This document shows, one piece after another, positions 47,775-57,525 of a stretch of 64,000 nt of DNA. The DNA lies in the IMG/VR virus record IMGVR_UViG_3300025652_009361, positions 59,562 to 123,561 of that record; one strand, given 5' to 3'. The DNA is from a virus. A model generated the notes under the pieces. The model searched no databases, had not been told where the DNA came from, and saw only the letters and a list, made by a program, of their open reading frames with translations. Position numbers and translations under genes: made by a program. The first letter of the stretch is position 1, and each line of letters starts with the position of its first letter.

Positions 47775-48443
47775 TTATTCTTTCTCTTTGTAATGTGATA
47801 AATATTCCGAAAATAGATGTGGGTATTCTTTTTCTAGGAATTTGTCTATTTTTATTCTGTCTTCTTTAGTGATTTTTTTGCTGTGATAAATTTTTTCGCT
47901 ATTACTTTTATTTGGTCCGAATTTTTTAACTTCACTGTAAACAGAAAAGCTAATATTTTTGATTTCTTCAAAAGATAGTATTTCTTTCCTTGTTATTTGC
48001 GGAAAATTTTCCAAAAATAAATTATGCAATTGGTTCAGAATTTTTTCACCTTCTTTTTTGTCTATTAAGCTTTCATAGTAAATAAGTAATTTATTGCCTT
48101 TATATTTATCATAAGTGTCTAGTAACCTGATATAATCAACGGCTACAGTTCTGTTTAAAAGACGGATAATATTTTCATAGCTTGGATCGTCGATATGTGA
48201 AATAATACATTCTTTGTAATTTCTTAAAGAAAAGATCATTATAGGTCCAGATTCATTTGATAAATTTTTTTTCCAAAACCTTTGAAATGCAGAAGAATTT
48301 CCATGCCTTCCTAATTCGTTATTGTCTTGCTTGTAGTTTATTAGTATATTTTCTAATATAACATCTACAAAAGTATTGCCAGATCTAGGAAATCCAACTT
48401 TGTGTATAAATTTATTGGGCTGATAAATATTAACATCTACCAT
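47775..48443 (-). CDS. Putative sulfotransferase
   Basis: 5'-PSB-like GFPRSGNT, 3'-PB-like LRNYKECIIS, IYYESL. Confidence 0.7.
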   Translation of the reverse strand: MVDVNIYQPNKFIHKVGFPRSGNTFVDVILENILINYKQDNNELGRHGNSSAFQRFWKKNLSNESGPIMIFSLRNYKECIISHIDDPSYENIIRLLNRTVAVDYIRLLDTYDKYKGNKLLIYYESLIDKKEGEKILNQLHNLFLENFPQITRKEILSFEEIKNISFSVYSEVKKFGPNKSNSEKIYHSKKITKEDRIKIDKFLEKEYPHLFSEYLSHYKEKE

Positions 48444-49255
48444 ACTGTTTTTCCTCCGTCTATTACTATATTTTCCCCGGTCATATATGAACTAGCTTCA
48501 GAGCACATAAAAACAATTGCCCCTTTATATTCATTAATATCCGACATTCTTCCCATAGGTATTATGTTGCTTAATTTTTTTACAAAATCATCAGGGTGAT
48601 TATTAAAAACTCCCGTAGGGCTTAAACAGTTTACTCTTATATTTTTTTTAGCAAAATAAACCGCTAAATATTTTGTCATGCCTATTACTGACCATTTAGC
48701 TGCTGAATAAGTTATAGGCTTTACATTTTGTTGATCATCTTCTAATCCTTCTTGCTTATAAAGTCTCTGATCTGGAGCTATAACGCCTAAATCAGAAGAT
48801 ATGTTTAAAACAACTCCTTTGGTTTTTTGAAAAATCATTTTGTTACAAACAGCCTGTGTCACAAAGAAAGTCCCGTTAATTATAGCGTCTATTCCAGATC
48901 TCCAATATTCTTCTGTCATGTTTTCAAATCTAGATTCGGGGCCTAAATTGCTATCTTTTTTTACTTTAGGGTCTTTTGCTGCGTTGTTTATGAGAATATC
49001 TATTAAGCCGATTTGATTTACGGCTTCAGTTACAGAATTTTTATCAGCAACATTCATATGGACAGCTTTTACTCTACCTTCTCCGAACTTAGAGTTAAGT
49101 TCTTCAGCTTTATTTTGAGCTTTTTCTAAATGCCAATCAGCTAAAACACAGTTACCACCATGTTCAAGTATTGCTTCTGCATGTTTGGGGCCTAAAAGAC
49201 CTGCGCCGCCTGTTATGAGAGCCGTTTTCTTTTGTAGGTCAAATAAATTTTTCAT
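48437..49255 (-). CDS. SDR oxidoreductase (PtmA/FlmA-like)
   Basis: ITGGAGLLG, NNAA, YSAAK, IRVNCLSP, IDGG. Start adjusted to ATG 49255. Confidence 0.9.
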   Translation of the reverse strand: MKNLFDLQKKTALITGGAGLLGPKHAEAILEHGGNCVLADWHLEKAQNKAEELNSKFGEGRVKAVHMNVADKNSVTEAVNQIGLIDILINNAAKDPKVKKDSNLGPESRFENMTEEYWRSGIDAIINGTFFVTQAVCNKMIFQKTKGVVLNISSDLGVIAPDQRLYKQEGLEDDQQNVKPITYSAAKWSVIGMTKYLAVYFAKKNIRVNCLSPTGVFNNHPDDFVKKLSNIIPMGRMSDINEYKGAIVFMCSEASSYMTGENIVIDGGKTVW

Positions 49256-50018
49256 TATAAAGTTTGTCAAATTTTCTTATATGCTGAGCTATTGTTAAAT
49301 CTTCTTTGCCGGTATCACCTCTGGCTGTCTGTATAGTAAACAAATGATTGTATTTGTTTTCAGCTAAAATTTCAAATATTTTATCGAACTTAACATCTCC
49401 AGTAAAAGGTTCAACTGTTTTTACTGGATGAATAGTTCTGTCTTTAAGGTGAACGTTTTTTATTTTAATAAAGTTCTTAGAAAGCCAATCATATACATCT
49501 CTTTTAGATGAGGTTATGTTTCCTGTATCGAATGTTAGGAAAAAATTTTTATTTATTTGGCATAATTCTAGAGCTAAGTCGCTATTACAGTCAACTTCGA
49601 ATAAAAAGTTAAGGTTTTCAAATCTAGCTAAAGATTTTTCAACCATGGTGAAAAAATATTTTTCTGTTTCATGGTTTAGTTCTGCAGAATCTAAAAGAGG
49701 TATAGTTACATTTTTAACGTTATTTCTAATTGCAAAATCACAAGCTAGCCCAACTTGTTGATGAAAAAAATTAGGGTTAAAGATATTATCTGTAATTAAA
49801 TGATCGCAGCAAATAGAAGATATTTTACTAGAAAAACATTTAATATTTAAATTTAGTGCACCCTCTTTTATTGATCTACCTGTCAATATCCATTCAATAT
49901 GATCTAAAGTTAACGATTTAAGTTTAGCGAATTCTATTTTCCAGTTACTTTTAGGAAATTCTTGAATGTGATTATCAATAGGGGGAAGTAATCTTCCTTG
50001 CATTAATCCTAATTTCAT
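49239..50018 (-). CDS. Sugar-phosphate isomerase/epimerase (xylose-isomerase-like TIM barrel)
   Basis: GLMQGRL, IEW, FDTGN, VHLKDR, GDVKF. Confidence 0.82.
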   Translation of the reverse strand: MKLGLMQGRLLPPIDNHIQEFPKSNWKIEFAKLKSLTLDHIEWILTGRSIKEGALNLNIKCFSSKISSICCDHLITDNIFNPNFFHQQVGLACDFAIRNNVKNVTIPLLDSAELNHETEKYFFTMVEKSLARFENLNFLFEVDCNSDLALELCQINKNFFLTFDTGNITSSKRDVYDWLSKNFIKIKNVHLKDRTIHPVKTVEPFTGDVKFDKIFEILAENKYNHLFTIQTARGDTGKEDLTIAQHIRKFDKLYNEKFI

Positions 50019-50431
50019 AACTGTTCGACTATTTCTATAAAATTAAATTCAGGGTCTAGGCAGAAAAAGACTTTTGCCAACCCGTTATCAGAGATTTTAG
50101 GTCCTGATAAGCATTTGTAATTATTCTTACTTAATTTGTAAAAGATATCATTTGAATTGTCAACTGTTAAAGCAAAATGGGTTATTCCTTTAGAATCTAA
50201 GCAAATGTTTTGACTATTTTTTTTTGATTTGTAATCTAATAGTTCTAAAAAAATTTGGCCGTTTTTACCGAGCTTGATTATATCAGCTTCAGCATTATGT
50301 ATGTTTGTTATTTCAGATAAAAATTTTCCCTTTTCTGTTTGTTGGTATAGAACTTCTAATCTAAAAAAATCACAGTAAAATGATTTCATTATCGGCAAGT
50401 TTTTTACAACTATACCTACATGCCTAAACAT
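50015..50431 (-). CDS. VOC/glyoxalase family protein
   Basis: HVGIVV...FY, LELLDY, HFALTV, DPEFNFIEIV. Confidence 0.88.
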   Translation of the reverse strand: MFRHVGIVVKNLPIMKSFYCDFFRLEVLYQQTEKGKFLSEITNIHNAEADIIKLGKNGQIFLELLDYKSKKNSQNICLDSKGITHFALTVDNSNDIFYKLSKNNYKCLSGPKISDNGLAKVFFCLDPEFNFIEIVEQL

Positions 50432-51729
50432 TCTTCTAAACTTTCTTTTAAAATTTCAAGACCTTCTATGAGTGCGCTTTTAGTGATTGTAAGAGGTGGA
50501 CCTATTTTTAAGGTTCCACTCATGGTTCTGACAGACAATAATCCTTTTCTCATTGCCGTTTCAATTATCTTGTCTACAAAATCACTATCGTTACCATCTG
50601 GGGAATTTATGAAAACACTAGCCAAAAGACCTCTGCAAGAAATTCTTTTTATTAAATGAGGTTGTTCTTTTTGCCATTTTTTTAAAAACTTAAGCATTAA
50701 GTCGCCTTTGTTTTTTGATTGTTCGACAAGTTTATTTTTTATGAGATAATTTATGGAAGCTGTTGATGCTGCTACTGCTGCCGGATTACTTCCGTGTGTA
50801 CTATTAAAGCTGGAACTTGTATCAACTATACTCGATTTAGAGATAACACAAGAAAGAGGTAAAGAAGATGATATTCCTTTAGCACAAGTTATAATATCTG
50901 GAGAAATTTTGAAATGCTCAAAAGCAAAAAATTTACCGGTTCTGCCGAATCCTGACTGAATTTCATCTACAATTAATAATATTCCGTTGCTTTTGCACCA
51001 GCTTTCAAGTTTTTGTGCGTACTCTATGGGTAAAAATGAAGCAGACCATCCTTGGTAAGGTTCTATAATAAAAGCTGCATATTCGTTAGGTTTTAAATTT
51101 TTTACGGATTGTTCAAAAAAATTTTCAGGAGATGATTTCATATCCCATTCATTTGGGAAAGGAAGGTGTTTAACAAAAGACTTTACGGGAACCCAGTCAT
51201 TACCTTTGCCACAAGCCATAGATGAACCCATAGTTTTTCCATGAAAACCTTGATCGAAAGATAGTATTTTTTTTCTTCCTGTGTAAAGCAAAGACATTTT
51301 GATTGCTGCTTCTACAGATTCTGAACCAGTGGACAAAAATAAAACTTTACCTAAATTTTTAGGAGAATTTTGCATTATTAGTTTAGAAAGTTTATTTCTC
51401 TCTTTGGTGGGGTAATAATACGAATTCAAGAGTTGTTTTTTGCATGTTTTTAAAATTGCTTTCTGTACATCTTTATTGCTGTGCCCTACATTAGTTACAA
51501 ATATTGATGATGTAAAATCTATCCATTTATTACCGGATTTATCATAAACATTAAAATCATAAGCTTTATCCCAAGCTACCGGTAATTGATCGTTCATTGA
51601 TGCTGGCTCATAAGTTATGCAATCTTCAAGAATTGATACCGTTTCTGGAGATGGTATCTTTGTTTTGATGGTCCTGTTTTTAGTTTTGATTTTTGGGGTA
51701 TCTACAGGTATGTGAGAAAATTTATACAT
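50416..51729 (-). CDS. Class III PLP-dependent aminotransferase
   Basis: DFTS..VTNVGH, TGSESVE, FHGKT, EPYQG, DEIQSGFGRTG, AKG. Confidence 0.9.
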   Translation of the reverse strand: MYKFSHIPVDTPKIKTKNRTIKTKIPSPETVSILEDCITYEPASMNDQLPVAWDKAYDFNVYDKSGNKWIDFTSSIFVTNVGHSNKDVQKAILKTCKKQLLNSYYYPTKERNKLSKLIMQNSPKNLGKVLFLSTGSESVEAAIKMSLLYTGRKKILSFDQGFHGKTMGSSMACGKGNDWVPVKSFVKHLPFPNEWDMKSSPENFFEQSVKNLKPNEYAAFIIEPYQGWSASFLPIEYAQKLESWCKSNGILLIVDEIQSGFGRTGKFFAFEHFKISPDIITCAKGISSSLPLSCVISKSSIVDTSSSFNSTHGSNPAAVAASTASINYLIKNKLVEQSKNKGDLMLKFLKKWQKEQPHLIKRISCRGLLASVFINSPDGNDSDFVDKIIETAMRKGLLSVRTMSGTLKIGPPLTITKSALIEGLEILKESLEECLGM

Positions 51730-52402
51730 CGTTTTTAACCTTATATTCTAAATAATTAAAATCTTCTGAAGTATCTATTTCGTGCGAGTATTCTGTTACG
51801 AAAGATAGTATTTTATTTCCATGAAGAGTATTTCCTTTTTGCATAAAATATTTAGGGTTAACTATATCTACATAACCATTAGGACAATAGGTTTTTTGTA
51901 AAAGTTGTCTGGGCTTGTTAGATTGGTCAAAACTAGATATAGGCGTCCAAAATTCATTGTTTTTGAGGAAATATTTTAACACAGATTCGGGAGTTTCGTG
52001 TCCCGATCTTAAAGAGTCACATTTATTCTTTAAAAATTTGTCTATAGCTTTATCTACGGTTTCACTTTTTATGAGTGGAGTTGTTGCTCTTAAATGCACA
52101 ATAATATCTTCGGTTTTATTTTCAAGACAAAAATGTTTAAAAGCGTCTATGTCTGGAGAACTATCTCCTGCTAAGTGGTTAGGTCTATGCGTTACTTTAA
52201 CTGATAAATTTTTGCAAACTTTAGATATTTTGAAACAATCTGTTGAAACGTGTATCTCGTCGATAAATTTACTTTTTTTAGCCTGAAGAATCGGATATTC
52301 TATTAAAGGTTTATCGTTAAGCAGTTTGATATTTTTACCCGGAACGCCTTTACTTCCTCCTCTAGCTAAAATTAAACAAATTATTTTTTTATTGCCGTAC
52401 AT
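51722..52402 (-). CDS. CMP-ulosonate synthetase (NeuA-like cytidylyltransferase)
   Basis: ILARGGSKGVPGKNIK, VSTD, RP..LA.D, LRATTP, PRQ, NGY, EIDT..DF. Confidence 0.92.
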   Translation of the reverse strand: MYGNKKIICLILARGGSKGVPGKNIKLLNDKPLIEYPILQAKKSKFIDEIHVSTDCFKISKVCKNLSVKVTHRPNHLAGDSSPDIDAFKHFCLENKTEDIIVHLRATTPLIKSETVDKAIDKFLKNKCDSLRSGHETPESVLKYFLKNNEFWTPISSFDQSNKPRQLLQKTYCPNGYVDIVNPKYFMQKGNTLHGNKILSFVTEYSHEIDTSEDFNYLEYKVKNDV

Positions 52403-53079
52403 AATAACATAGCTTCTTTAGAAAATCTTATTGTTTTATTTATAGTGGAACTTTTAAAAAAGTCAGAAAACGGGTGGTATGGTAATGGCAAAGAGCTAAC
52501 TAAAAATCTTAATAAATGAGCAGTTTTATATTTCCAGAGTAAAGGTAGTTGGTAGAAATACTCACATTTGGCTTCAAATCCAGATATTTCGCAAGCTGTT
52601 TTTAAAGAGTATCTAGTAAATGGAGTCACATGGGTATGGTCTATGTAAAAGGCTTCCTTAAAAGAATGTTTCCAACTTGGGGTCATGCATATAAAAATGC
52701 CTCCTTTTTTAAGTAACCTAAAAGATTCATCGATTAAAACATCTGGATCGCGCATATGTTCTACTACAGATTTAGAAAAAACGAAATCAAAGGTTTCGCT
52801 TTTTAATGGATACGGCGCATTATTGAGGTTAACTTTTGAAAATTCATGCTCAGCTAAAAGATGTTTAGACGAATTAGAAATGTCTATTCCGTGAACTTGT
52901 AAGCCTAAATCTTTAAAATTTTTAGTTATATCGCCATTCCCACAACCTATATCTAACAGTTTGCTTCCCGGGGTTATTTTATACTTTTCTTTTATATGTT
53001 TGCAAAATTTAAGGGGGTAGCCAGATTTTTTACTTGAATAGGTTGTTTCTACATATTTTTCGTTAAATATTGAACTCAT
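52381..53079 (-). CDS. Class I SAM-dependent methyltransferase
   Basis: LLDIGCGNG, GIDIS, FDFV..VVEH, LKKGG, DHTH. Confidence 0.88.
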   Translation of the reverse strand: MSSIFNEKYVETTYSSKKSGYPLKFCKHIKEKYKITPGSKLLDIGCGNGDITKNFKDLGLQVHGIDISNSSKHLLAEHEFSKVNLNNAPYPLKSETFDFVFSKSVVEHMRDPDVLIDESFRLLKKGGIFICMTPSWKHSFKEAFYIDHTHVTPFTRYSLKTACEISGFEAKCEYFYQLPLLWKYKTAHLLRFLVSSLPLPYHPFSDFFKSSTINKTIRFSKEAMLLCTAIKK

Positions 53080-53821
53080 TAATTTCCTTGTATCGTATGA
53101 CAGAATTTATTGGTGAATTTTCGCAGCAAGAAAAAATATTAACGCCTATATTCTGAGCTGATTTGTTGATTGTTGAAAAATCTTCTATTATTTCTCTTAA
53201 GTAAGGATTGAAAGAATCGTTATTGAAAAAATTAGAATTAGCATATCCTTTGCTATAATCTAAATCTACGCCAAAAATATAAATATTCTTGCATCCTGAC
53301 AAAATAGACAGAGAAAGCATATGCAAAGAAACAGTGGATCCGCTACTATAAAGAGCTTTGTAACCCGTGTATTCTTTAAGCTTTTCTTGAATAGTCACTC
53401 TCCTTGAGTCTATGTGTCTACAGCAACCATTAGATCTGTCTTCATTATAAAGCTCTAAGCACGTCTTATTTCCAAAATGTCTTTGATCGTAAGTAAAATA
53501 ATTTACATTAAGTACATTTTCTACTAAATTTTTATTTGTTGTGTCTACGGTGTCTGAATAACAAAGCACTGTCGATGGATTACGGTTGAGCCTTTCATAC
53601 TCTCTTTTTACTGTGAAAATGCTATTTGCAACCACCCTGTAATCAGCATTTAAATAAAACATTTCGTCAAAGTCATTGACGCTGAGAGTGCAAAATTTAT
53701 CTTTCGAGTTAGAGAGTTTACCTATTAGGTCAATATAAAGTTTATAGCTAGGTCCAGTAGCTACACATAAACCTGTTTTGCTTTTGTGTTTATCAATTAT
53801 ATCTTTATAAGAAAGTTTCAT
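53063..53821 (-). CDS. Maf/DUF115-like (ulosonate transferase-like) protein
   Basis: VATGPS, LSVN, GSTVSLHMLSL..LSGCKNIYIFGVDLDY. Confidence 0.7.
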   Translation of the reverse strand: MKLSYKDIIDKHKSKTGLCVATGPSYKLYIDLIGKLSNSKDKFCTLSVNDFDEMFYLNADYRVVANSIFTVKREYERLNRNPSTVLCYSDTVDTTNKNLVENVLNVNYFTYDQRHFGNKTCLELYNEDRSNGCCRHIDSRRVTIQEKLKEYTGYKALYSSGSTVSLHMLSLSILSGCKNIYIFGVDLDYSKGYANSNFFNNDSFNPYLREIIEDFSTINKSAQNIGVNIFSCCENSPINSVIRYKEINEFNI

Positions 53822-53846
53822 TTTAGAGATGCTTGCTTAAAAGTTT

Positions 53847-54716
53847 TTATATTTTACTCCAGAAGATTGAGGGTGCCTTATTGCATTGTTTTTTAAATTC
53901 TTCCATTCCGAATTTAGCAATTTCGCTAAGGCATCCTATTTGTTTTTGACTTTGTTCGTTTGAGAGTATTTTTGTGCCACAAAGAATTGCTTCAGCAACA
54001 GATCTGCAGAACGGTTCTTTAACTAGCGGGTTGTAAAACATTGTATTGTATTTATTGTAGATTTTCGGCATGTCTTCGTATTTTTTTTGACCTAAAAATT
54101 CTATGTTTGGTAAGTTTTGGCACAATATTATATGTATACGATCAGAAGACCATCCAGAAACTACAAACTTTTTATCTGGATTTTGTAGAACGTACTCGAA
54201 AAACAAATCTGATCCTTTGCCTTTATGCATGTATCCAGAATAAAGTATTTTATCTTCTCTTTCATTATTATAATTGTAAAACTTAGACACATCTATTGGG
54301 TCCGCTACAATTTCTGTATTTTTGAAGATGTCACCAAAAGTTTCTTTAAAGAATTTAAGATGGTAGTCAGAGAGAAAAAATGTTCTTTTGCAATTTCCAA
54401 ATAATTTGACCATCTCTTCTTGCGATAGATACCCATTTGCGTCGTGTTCTAATCTAACGTGAAACGGGTGTACGCTTAATTCATCCACAATGCCCGGATA
54501 GAAGTGGTTTATTCTTGCAAGATTTGAAGATATTACAATATCAAAATCAAAAACTCTTTTAGGATCTTTTAGAGTTTGCCAATTAAGTTTTAAAATATTA
54601 AGACCTAAAAGTTTACCTTTATCTATCAGTATCTTATCACTTCTTTGAGCCCCTCCCGGGGCATTTTCCAAATCATTGTCTGCAAGCCATAATATTTTTT
54701 TATTGACACAATTCAT
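53847..54716 (-). CDS. Glycosyltransferase family 4
   Basis: GGAQ, KGKG, EPFCRSVAEAILCG. Confidence 0.85.
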   Translation of the reverse strand: MNCVNKKILWLADNDLENAPGGAQRSDKILIDKGKLLGLNILKLNWQTLKDPKRVFDFDIVISSNLARINHFYPGIVDELSVHPFHVRLEHDANGYLSQEEMVKLFGNCKRTFFLSDYHLKFFKETFGDIFKNTEIVADPIDVSKFYNYNNEREDKILYSGYMHKGKGSDLFFEYVLQNPDKKFVVSGWSSDRIHIILCQNLPNIEFLGQKKYEDMPKIYNKYNTMFYNPLVKEPFCRSVAEAILCGTKILSNEQSQKQIGCLSEIAKFGMEEFKKQCNKAPSIFWSKI

Positions 54717-54732
54717 AAAACCTGTTAATTAT

Positions 54733-54761
54733 ATTTTATGTTTAGAGACATAGAAAGTCAA
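54733..54761 (-). promoter_or_regulatory. Sigma70-like promoter at the head of the glycan island
   Basis: TTGACT-N17-TAAAAT. Confidence 0.7.
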
Positions 54762-55043
54762 GACTTTTTTTATCTGGTAGGGTTAGCTAACCATGAAACC
54801 GTAGTATTAGCTGAAAGCCCAAATGAAGCAGCGTCTATTGGTGCTAAAAAAATATTAAAGAAAAATGGGAATGATACTAACGTTTCAATGGCTATAGTTG
54901 TTACTAAAATTAAAGAAAACATTGATGATTGTGAAGTTTTTTCTTTTTCAGAAGTTTTAGGAGACATAGGTCTTTTTTCTCTTGCTAAAGAAATGTCTAA
55001 CATCAGTGATTTTTTGCTTGACACAAGCAGAAAAAGCACTTAA
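54738..55043 (+). CDS. Hypothetical protein
   Basis: 101 aa ORF at the strand switch. Confidence 0.6.
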   Translation: MFRDIESQDFFYLVGLANHETVVLAESPNEAASIGAKKILKKNGNDTNVSMAIVVTKIKENIDDCEVFSFSEVLGDIGLFSLAKEMSNISDFLLDTSRKST

Positions 55044-55046
55044 TAT
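55018..55046 (+). promoter_or_regulatory. Sigma70-like promoter
   Basis: TTGACA-N17-TAATAT. Confidence 0.65.
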
Positions 55047-55070
55047 CTGAGTGCAGCGAAGATATTAATT

Positions 55071-55150
55071 ACTTTAAGATACCTTAACAGATTACATAAG
55101 CAACCTTAAAAATGCCACAAGTAACCCTTAACATATTCTTAAGACCTTAG
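55071..55150 (+). repeat. Phased (A/C)CCTTA direct repeats
   Basis: Copies at 55081, 55103, 55125, 55144, plus a variant at 55071. Confidence 0.55.
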
Positions 55151-55157
55151 GAAACCT

Positions 55158-55787
55158 ATGATTACTCATGTTTTAAAAACACAAAGAAGAACTAAAATAG
55201 TTTACAAAGAGATGCCTTTAATTTTTGGAATATCTGGTTTAGCCAGATGCGGGAAAGACACTTTCGCTAAATATTTATCTCTTAAGTTAAAAAAACATCA
55301 GTACCCTGTGTCTACTGTATCTTTTGCCTCCGCAGTAAAAAAAGATCTTGACAAATTTACTAAAGAAAGCTTAAATATATCTTCTTTTACTGAAAACAAA
55401 AAAGAAAAAGAAATAATAAGACCACTGCTAGTTTCTTATGCAACAGATGTTTGTAGGAATAAAATAGATAAAGATTTCTGGATAAAAAAAGTTTCTAAAA
55501 GAATAGAAAATTCGGTAGAAAACAAGATAATAATTCTGATACCTGATGTTAGGTATGGAAATGAAGCTAAGTGGATTAAAAAAATGGGTGGTTATGTTAT
55601 CCATATTCACAGAATAAACAACAAGCCAGCTAATTTTGAAGAAAAAGCTAACGACCCAATAGTTAAAAACATGGCTGATTTTAAGATAAAATGGAAAAAT
55701 TTCAACAACGAAAAACAAACTTGCCACAACCATATTGCCAAACTATTCAAAAAAAACGGATGGTCACTATATGGAGAATTTAAGTGA
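55158..55787 (+). CDS. Deoxynucleoside monophosphate kinase (phage type)
   Basis: GISGLARCGKDT, SFASAVK, RPLLV, FW, IPDVRYGNE. True start may be ATG 55212. Confidence 0.85.
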   Translation: MITHVLKTQRRTKIVYKEMPLIFGISGLARCGKDTFAKYLSLKLKKHQYPVSTVSFASAVKKDLDKFTKESLNISSFTENKKEKEIIRPLLVSYATDVCRNKIDKDFWIKKVSKRIENSVENKIIILIPDVRYGNEAKWIKKMGGYVIHIHRINNKPANFEEKANDPIVKNMADFKIKWKNFNNEKQTCHNHIAKLFKKNGWSLYGEFK

Positions 55788-56373
55788 TATAGATTTAATA
55801 AATAATATCAAAAATGATATTAGAACAGAAAACAGTTTAGAGGAGCTTATATCTAGACACTCTGGCATATATTTAGACATTGTTAATTCTTACATGCGAA
55901 ACACTTACGGCAATGCCTTAAAGCAAGACATCATAAACGAAAAAGATTTAACAATTTATAATTCCGCACTAAAATACAACGAAGAAAAAGGCGCTAAGTT
56001 TTCCACATTCCTAGGCAATGAAGCTAAGTGGAAGTGTTTAAATGCTTCTAATAAAAATAAAAAAAACAATAAGTTTATAGAAATAGAAGATGGCACTTTT
56101 AATAACGAAAAAGAAAAAATAATATTCATAGAAGCGCCCACAAAAAGAGAAGAAGAAATACTGACTTCTTTCGGGAAAGAAATAGAAAAACAAAAAGACA
56201 AAAGAATTAAAAAAATCTTTAAACTCAGATACAAAGGCAACAGAAAACTCACCCCTTGGAGAAAAGTCAGTGAACAAATGAATCTAAGCATACAAGGCTG
56301 TATAAACATACATAATTCAGCTTTGAATAAAATATCAAAAAAAATTAAACAAAAATATGAAACTATTACTTAA
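55771..56373 (+). CDS. Phage-encoded sigma70-family RNA polymerase sigma factor
   Basis: Region-2-like YNEEKGAKFSTF and region-4 HTH (IFKLRY...WRKVSEQMNLSIQGCINIHNSAL). Start adjusted to ATG 55771. Confidence 0.8.
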   Translation: MENLSDIDLINNIKNDIRTENSLEELISRHSGIYLDIVNSYMRNTYGNALKQDIINEKDLTIYNSALKYNEEKGAKFSTFLGNEAKWKCLNASNKNKKNNKFIEIEDGTFNNEKEKIIFIEAPTKREEEILTSFGKEIEKQKDKRIKKIFKLRYKGNRKLTPWRKVSEQMNLSIQGCINIHNSALNKISKKIKQKYETIT

Positions 56374-57442
56374 TGCCCCTATTAATTCTTTATCTTTTGG
56401 AAATGTTTCAGTTAATATTCTTAAAGAAGTTTACAAAAAAAACCATGAGTTAACTTTTTTCCCAATAGGAGACAAGGTTCAAATAGAAGCTTTTGATAAA
56501 AGTAGTGAAGGATTTATATCTTTCTTAAATGATTGCACAAAAAAAAGATACCATACCATAGACAAAGATCTCCCTAGTTTGAAATTATGGCATATTTTTG
56601 GTAGCGAAAAAAGACTTACTAAAAATCAATCCCTTCTCACTTTTCATGAAGTTTCTAAGCTAACAGAAATAGAAACTAACCTTTTAAAACTGCAAGATAA
56701 TATTTTTGTCACATCTAACTACACCAAAGATATTTTTGAACTTAACGGTATCGAGAATGTACATTTCGTGCCACTTGGCTTTGATAAAGATTTCCATGAA
56801 ACAAATAAAGAGTATCTGCCAGATAAAACTCATTTTGGATTGATGGGTAAGTTTGAAAAACGAAAAAACACAGGAAGAATAATTAAAATTTGGTTGAAAA
56901 TTTTTGGAAATAATTCTAAATATCAACTAAGCTGCGCAATAACTAACCCCTTTATGGAAGCGAGCTCTTTACAAACAGAAATTTTAAAAATCACTGAAGG
57001 CAAGCATTATAATAATATTAATTTTGTCCCTTATATGCAAACAAATTCAGAAGTGAATGAATTTTTAAACAGTATAGATATTGACCTTGGAGGATTAAGT
57101 GGCGGTGAAGGCTGGAATCTTCCATCTTTCAACGCTACAGCTTTAGGTAAATGGAGTATTGTAATGAACGCCACAGCGCACAAAGAATGGGCCAATAAAG
57201 AAAATTGCATATTAATAGAACCATCTAGCCTTAAATCTTGCCACGATGGAGTATTTTTCAAACCAGAATCTAACTTCAACCAAGGTGAATTTTTTGACAT
57301 TACAGATGAAGAAATGGAATCTGCGATCCTTGAAAGCGTCGAGTATGCTAAAAAAGAAAACACAGAAGGTAAAAAACTCAAAACAGATTTTACTTACGCA
57401 AAAACCCTTGAGACTATTTGCGACACAATGAACGCATTATGA
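56357..57442 (+). CDS. Glycosyltransferase family 4
   Basis: SFGNVS, VPLGFD, GKFEKRKN, GEGWNLP. Confidence 0.82.
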   Translation: MKLLLNAPINSLSFGNVSVNILKEVYKKNHELTFFPIGDKVQIEAFDKSSEGFISFLNDCTKKRYHTIDKDLPSLKLWHIFGSEKRLTKNQSLLTFHEVSKLTEIETNLLKLQDNIFVTSNYTKDIFELNGIENVHFVPLGFDKDFHETNKEYLPDKTHFGLMGKFEKRKNTGRIIKIWLKIFGNNSKYQLSCAITNPFMEASSLQTEILKITEGKHYNNINFVPYMQTNSEVNEFLNSIDIDLGGLSGGEGWNLPSFNATALGKWSIVMNATAHKEWANKENCILIEPSSLKSCHDGVFFKPESNFNQGEFFDITDEEMESAILESVEYAKKENTEGKKLKTDFTYAKTLETICDTMNAL

Positions 57443-57493
57443 GACAAAGCGACTCTAAAAAAGTATTTTTAATCCCAAAAATCACGGAAAAAC

Positions 57494-57510
57494 TTGGCAC
57501 AGCAGCTGCT
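57494..57510 (+). promoter_or_regulatory. Putative sigma54 (-24/-12) promoter of hsp20
   Basis: TTGGCACAGCAGCTGCT with GG-N10-GC spacing, ending 15 nt before ATG 57526. Confidence 0.6.
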
Positions 57511-57525
57511 GTAAAGAATATAACT

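Noticed and set aside
55033-55057. CIRCE (HrcA) operator
   Set aside because: The GCACT...GAGTGC arms are separated by a 7-nt rather than 9-nt spacer, and the outer TTA/TAA arms are missing.
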